From the human T2T-CHM13v2.0 reference genome, Homo sapiens: a stretch of DNA of 64,000 nt. The stretch lies in the NCBI RefSeq assembly GCF_009914755.1, contig NC_060937.1; one strand, 5' to 3'. The notes under the pieces are model-generated. The model saw only the letters and a program-made list of their open reading frames with translations. It did no database searches and was not told where the DNA came from. Position numbers and translations under genes: made by a program. Shown one piece after another: positions 60,241-64,000 of the stretch (positions are counted from its first letter, which is position 1; each line of letters opens with the position of its first letter).

Positions 60241-62730
60241 AACCTCTTGGAGAAACAGCAATCAGAATGATGTAAGAAAGTTGTATATCATGTAAGGAAG
60301 AAATCACATCAGAAGAAAATAAGTATTGTGTTTGCCATGGAAGTGATTAGACTAGTTCTATGTGGCTCTAGGGGATTGAATTAAGACAAATAGGAAAAGG
60401 GCTTTCTAATATATTAATATCATAATATAAAAGGACCTCCTTCTAGAGTGGAAATTCCCCTTGCTAGAGAATTTTTAGCAGAAACTGGAAGACCTTTGTA
60501 CTTCCTTTAGGGGTTTTAGCATTTCTTCAAGCATTCTGAATGGCCAAGTTAGATCACTAATGCTGTCTTTCAGCACAGAGATTCTGTGATTCTATCTAAA
60601 CTTGTGTTTATGGGTCATAGGGTAAGAAAAGGAAATCCCAAAATTTCTTAGGTGCCTACTGTATACAAGTCCTCACAACAATCTTGTGAGGAGGCACTAT
60701 TCACATATTGCTGATGCTCTGAAGGGTCCACGGTCATTGTCTAAGACTTCAGAGCTATTAAGTGGCATTGCTGGTATAATCACCATCAGTCTGATTGCTA
60801 AATCCATGATATTTCTACCATGTTGTTGCCTCCCAGAAAGAAGGTCAAGAAAAAATTAAACATTCCCTCTTGTTTTATCATTCCCCTTCATGCTCCCCAA
60901 GTCCTTTATGTTATCAGGGCTGACTGCCTGGATGGGACTGGCTGTTCTGCAGAATTTAGCACAACAAGAGAGGATCACTTCAGCATTCAGTCCCTTTTCT
61001 AGCTCTTTCTACTGGAGCAAATGACTGATTTGTCACCCAAGCTTTTCTTGGTCCAGAGGCAGAGTTGCCTATTCATTTGGAAGAAGCTTCTGCTTCTCTC
61101 ATTCCTTCCCTAAGAAGAATGCAGGGATTCTCCTGTAACCCCAGCCCACATAATAAGGCAGTGAATCATTTTCTGCTGTTACCTGACAGTCTGCTGCCTA
61201 AACCTCTTCCATCCTGGTTCTGAGTGTTGTAGGGGGGGAGAAAAGGTTTAATTTGAAATTAATTCTTAAGCCCTTTTGCATTGAAATGTGGATGTCAAAA
61301 GTGAATTAATCATCACCAAAGCTTCCATCATAGAAAATTTGCCCGATTCCCTCCACAGAGAGGATGACTCACATAAGCACCTGTTTTGTCTCCTTAGTAA
61401 CTGGTCTCTTAGATTTCCCTCTTGTATTTGCATGCAGGCGAGCATAGCAAATTGACTGGGGGAAGGGAAGAGGTTCACAGCATACAGAATGTGCTCTGGG
61501 CAGAATGTCACCTGTAACACTGTTTTCCAACCATCTCGTGCTTTATGTACTCATTTTGTGTCTCTGTTATAACCCCAGCATTGATTCAGTCGCAAACTCA
61601 GAGTGCAGAGATAAGTCTGGAAAATTACTAATGGCCTCAGGGAAGGTTTGGTGACATACAATAGAAATGAATACTGGTGATATTCTGTATCCATCTGTAT
61701 ATTAAAAATGTGTCTTTCTTGGCTTAAACCTTTGCTGCAATAGGAGGCAGGCACACAACTCTATCAAGAGAGAGGTGAAAAGGGTAGAAGAAGAGAGGTT
61801 CAATTAAACCACTTATCTGGCTTTAGCACAGGAAGTAGTAATATTTCAAAAGTTGGGTTTATGTGGTTCTATGTGGTTTTAGTTCTCTTTTTCACAAGAG
61901 AGATAAAATGCCCTCTCTTATTGTCATTGTGGTAACATTTTTAAAAGATATTTGGATCAAGAGCTGGAGACCCATGTCTCAATACGTTCTCAGCCATAAA
62001 TGAGCCAGTACCTGTGAATAAATCACTTAGATTCTCTGTGTTTCCTCCTGGAAACTGAGGGATCCAACTACATGACAATATTATCCCTTCCAATTATGAA
62101 ATTGGAACTCTGTTTTCTGAGTAGCTTAAAGTAGCTTAACACTTAAACTTATTGGGTCAGAGATCATCCAAAATGAAAAGTTACTATTCTTTTCTTTATT
62201 TTACAAACGACGTCCAGAGAGATGAAGTTACTTGCCTAAGATCACATAAAATTCAAGTATCTTCACACACTTATTTATTTGGTTTCTGTTTTTATTATAA
62301 TGCAACGTGCTATTGTTGCAGTCAAATAGCTCTACCAGACTTGTTATGAAAAATAGTGGTTCCCAATCTGCTTTTATGTCCCAAAGGCAGCTACTTTAAA
62401 GCAGGTTTTAGCTGATTCTTTTGGTTATTTACCTCAATATCTCTAAACATTATATTGTTTCAACTTTAGGAATGACCTCAACAACAAAACATAAAGTTTT
62501 TATCCCCCCCTTCTCCCTGTGTAGCTGTATCATAATTTTATTTAGTTCAGTTACTGGTATTTATTTGATGACATAAATATTATTCACAGTTGAGCTATGC
62601 AGAATATTATGATTAATTTCCCTTTCTGTTTTCTTTTCCCTGGAGTTAATAATTATCACATTTTCATTTTGCTTAATTTTCTATGAATAATCACAAATTC
62701 AACCCAAACTCCCTATAGTTGTGTCTTATA

Positions 62731-64000
<1,270 letters not shown>

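Overview
This is non-genic, repeat-rich primate genomic DNA, most likely human or great ape given the AluY-class elements. I see no intact protein-coding gene, RNA gene or CRISPR array, and almost every ORF in the track is repeat-derived or a chance ORF. The only gene-derived sequence is a processed PSME2 (PA28-beta) pseudogene at 3182-3970, with a poly(A) tail, a 17-bp TSD, a lost start codon and two premature stops. The rest is Alu, L1, L2, MIR, CR1, MaLR/ERVL/ERV1 LTR and DNA-transposon relics (Tigger1, MER2, MER20, MER30, MER58, MER94, MADE1). The structure the repeat catalogue does not explain is a set of local templated-copy rearrangements: (1) a 261-bp copy of a segment 2.6 kb downstream, bracketed by 43-bp inverted repeats (20041-20427); (2) an Alu+Tigger1 junction copied from ~63.3-63.6 kb into another Alu 38 kb away (25.1-25.4 kb); (3) a ~270-290-bp inverted duplication (35331-35616 / 35926-36190); (4) a two-orientation copy of an L1/ERVL junction (13353-13401); (5) a direct+inverted patchwork expansion inside an ERV1 LTR (56.26-56.61 kb). 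There is also a near full-length ERVL-type provirus with MLT1-like LTRs (10.08-19.63 kb). Repeat subfamily names and comparisons to consensus or parent sequences come from recall, not database searches. Many old-repeat boundaries are approximate, and identities were counted by eye.
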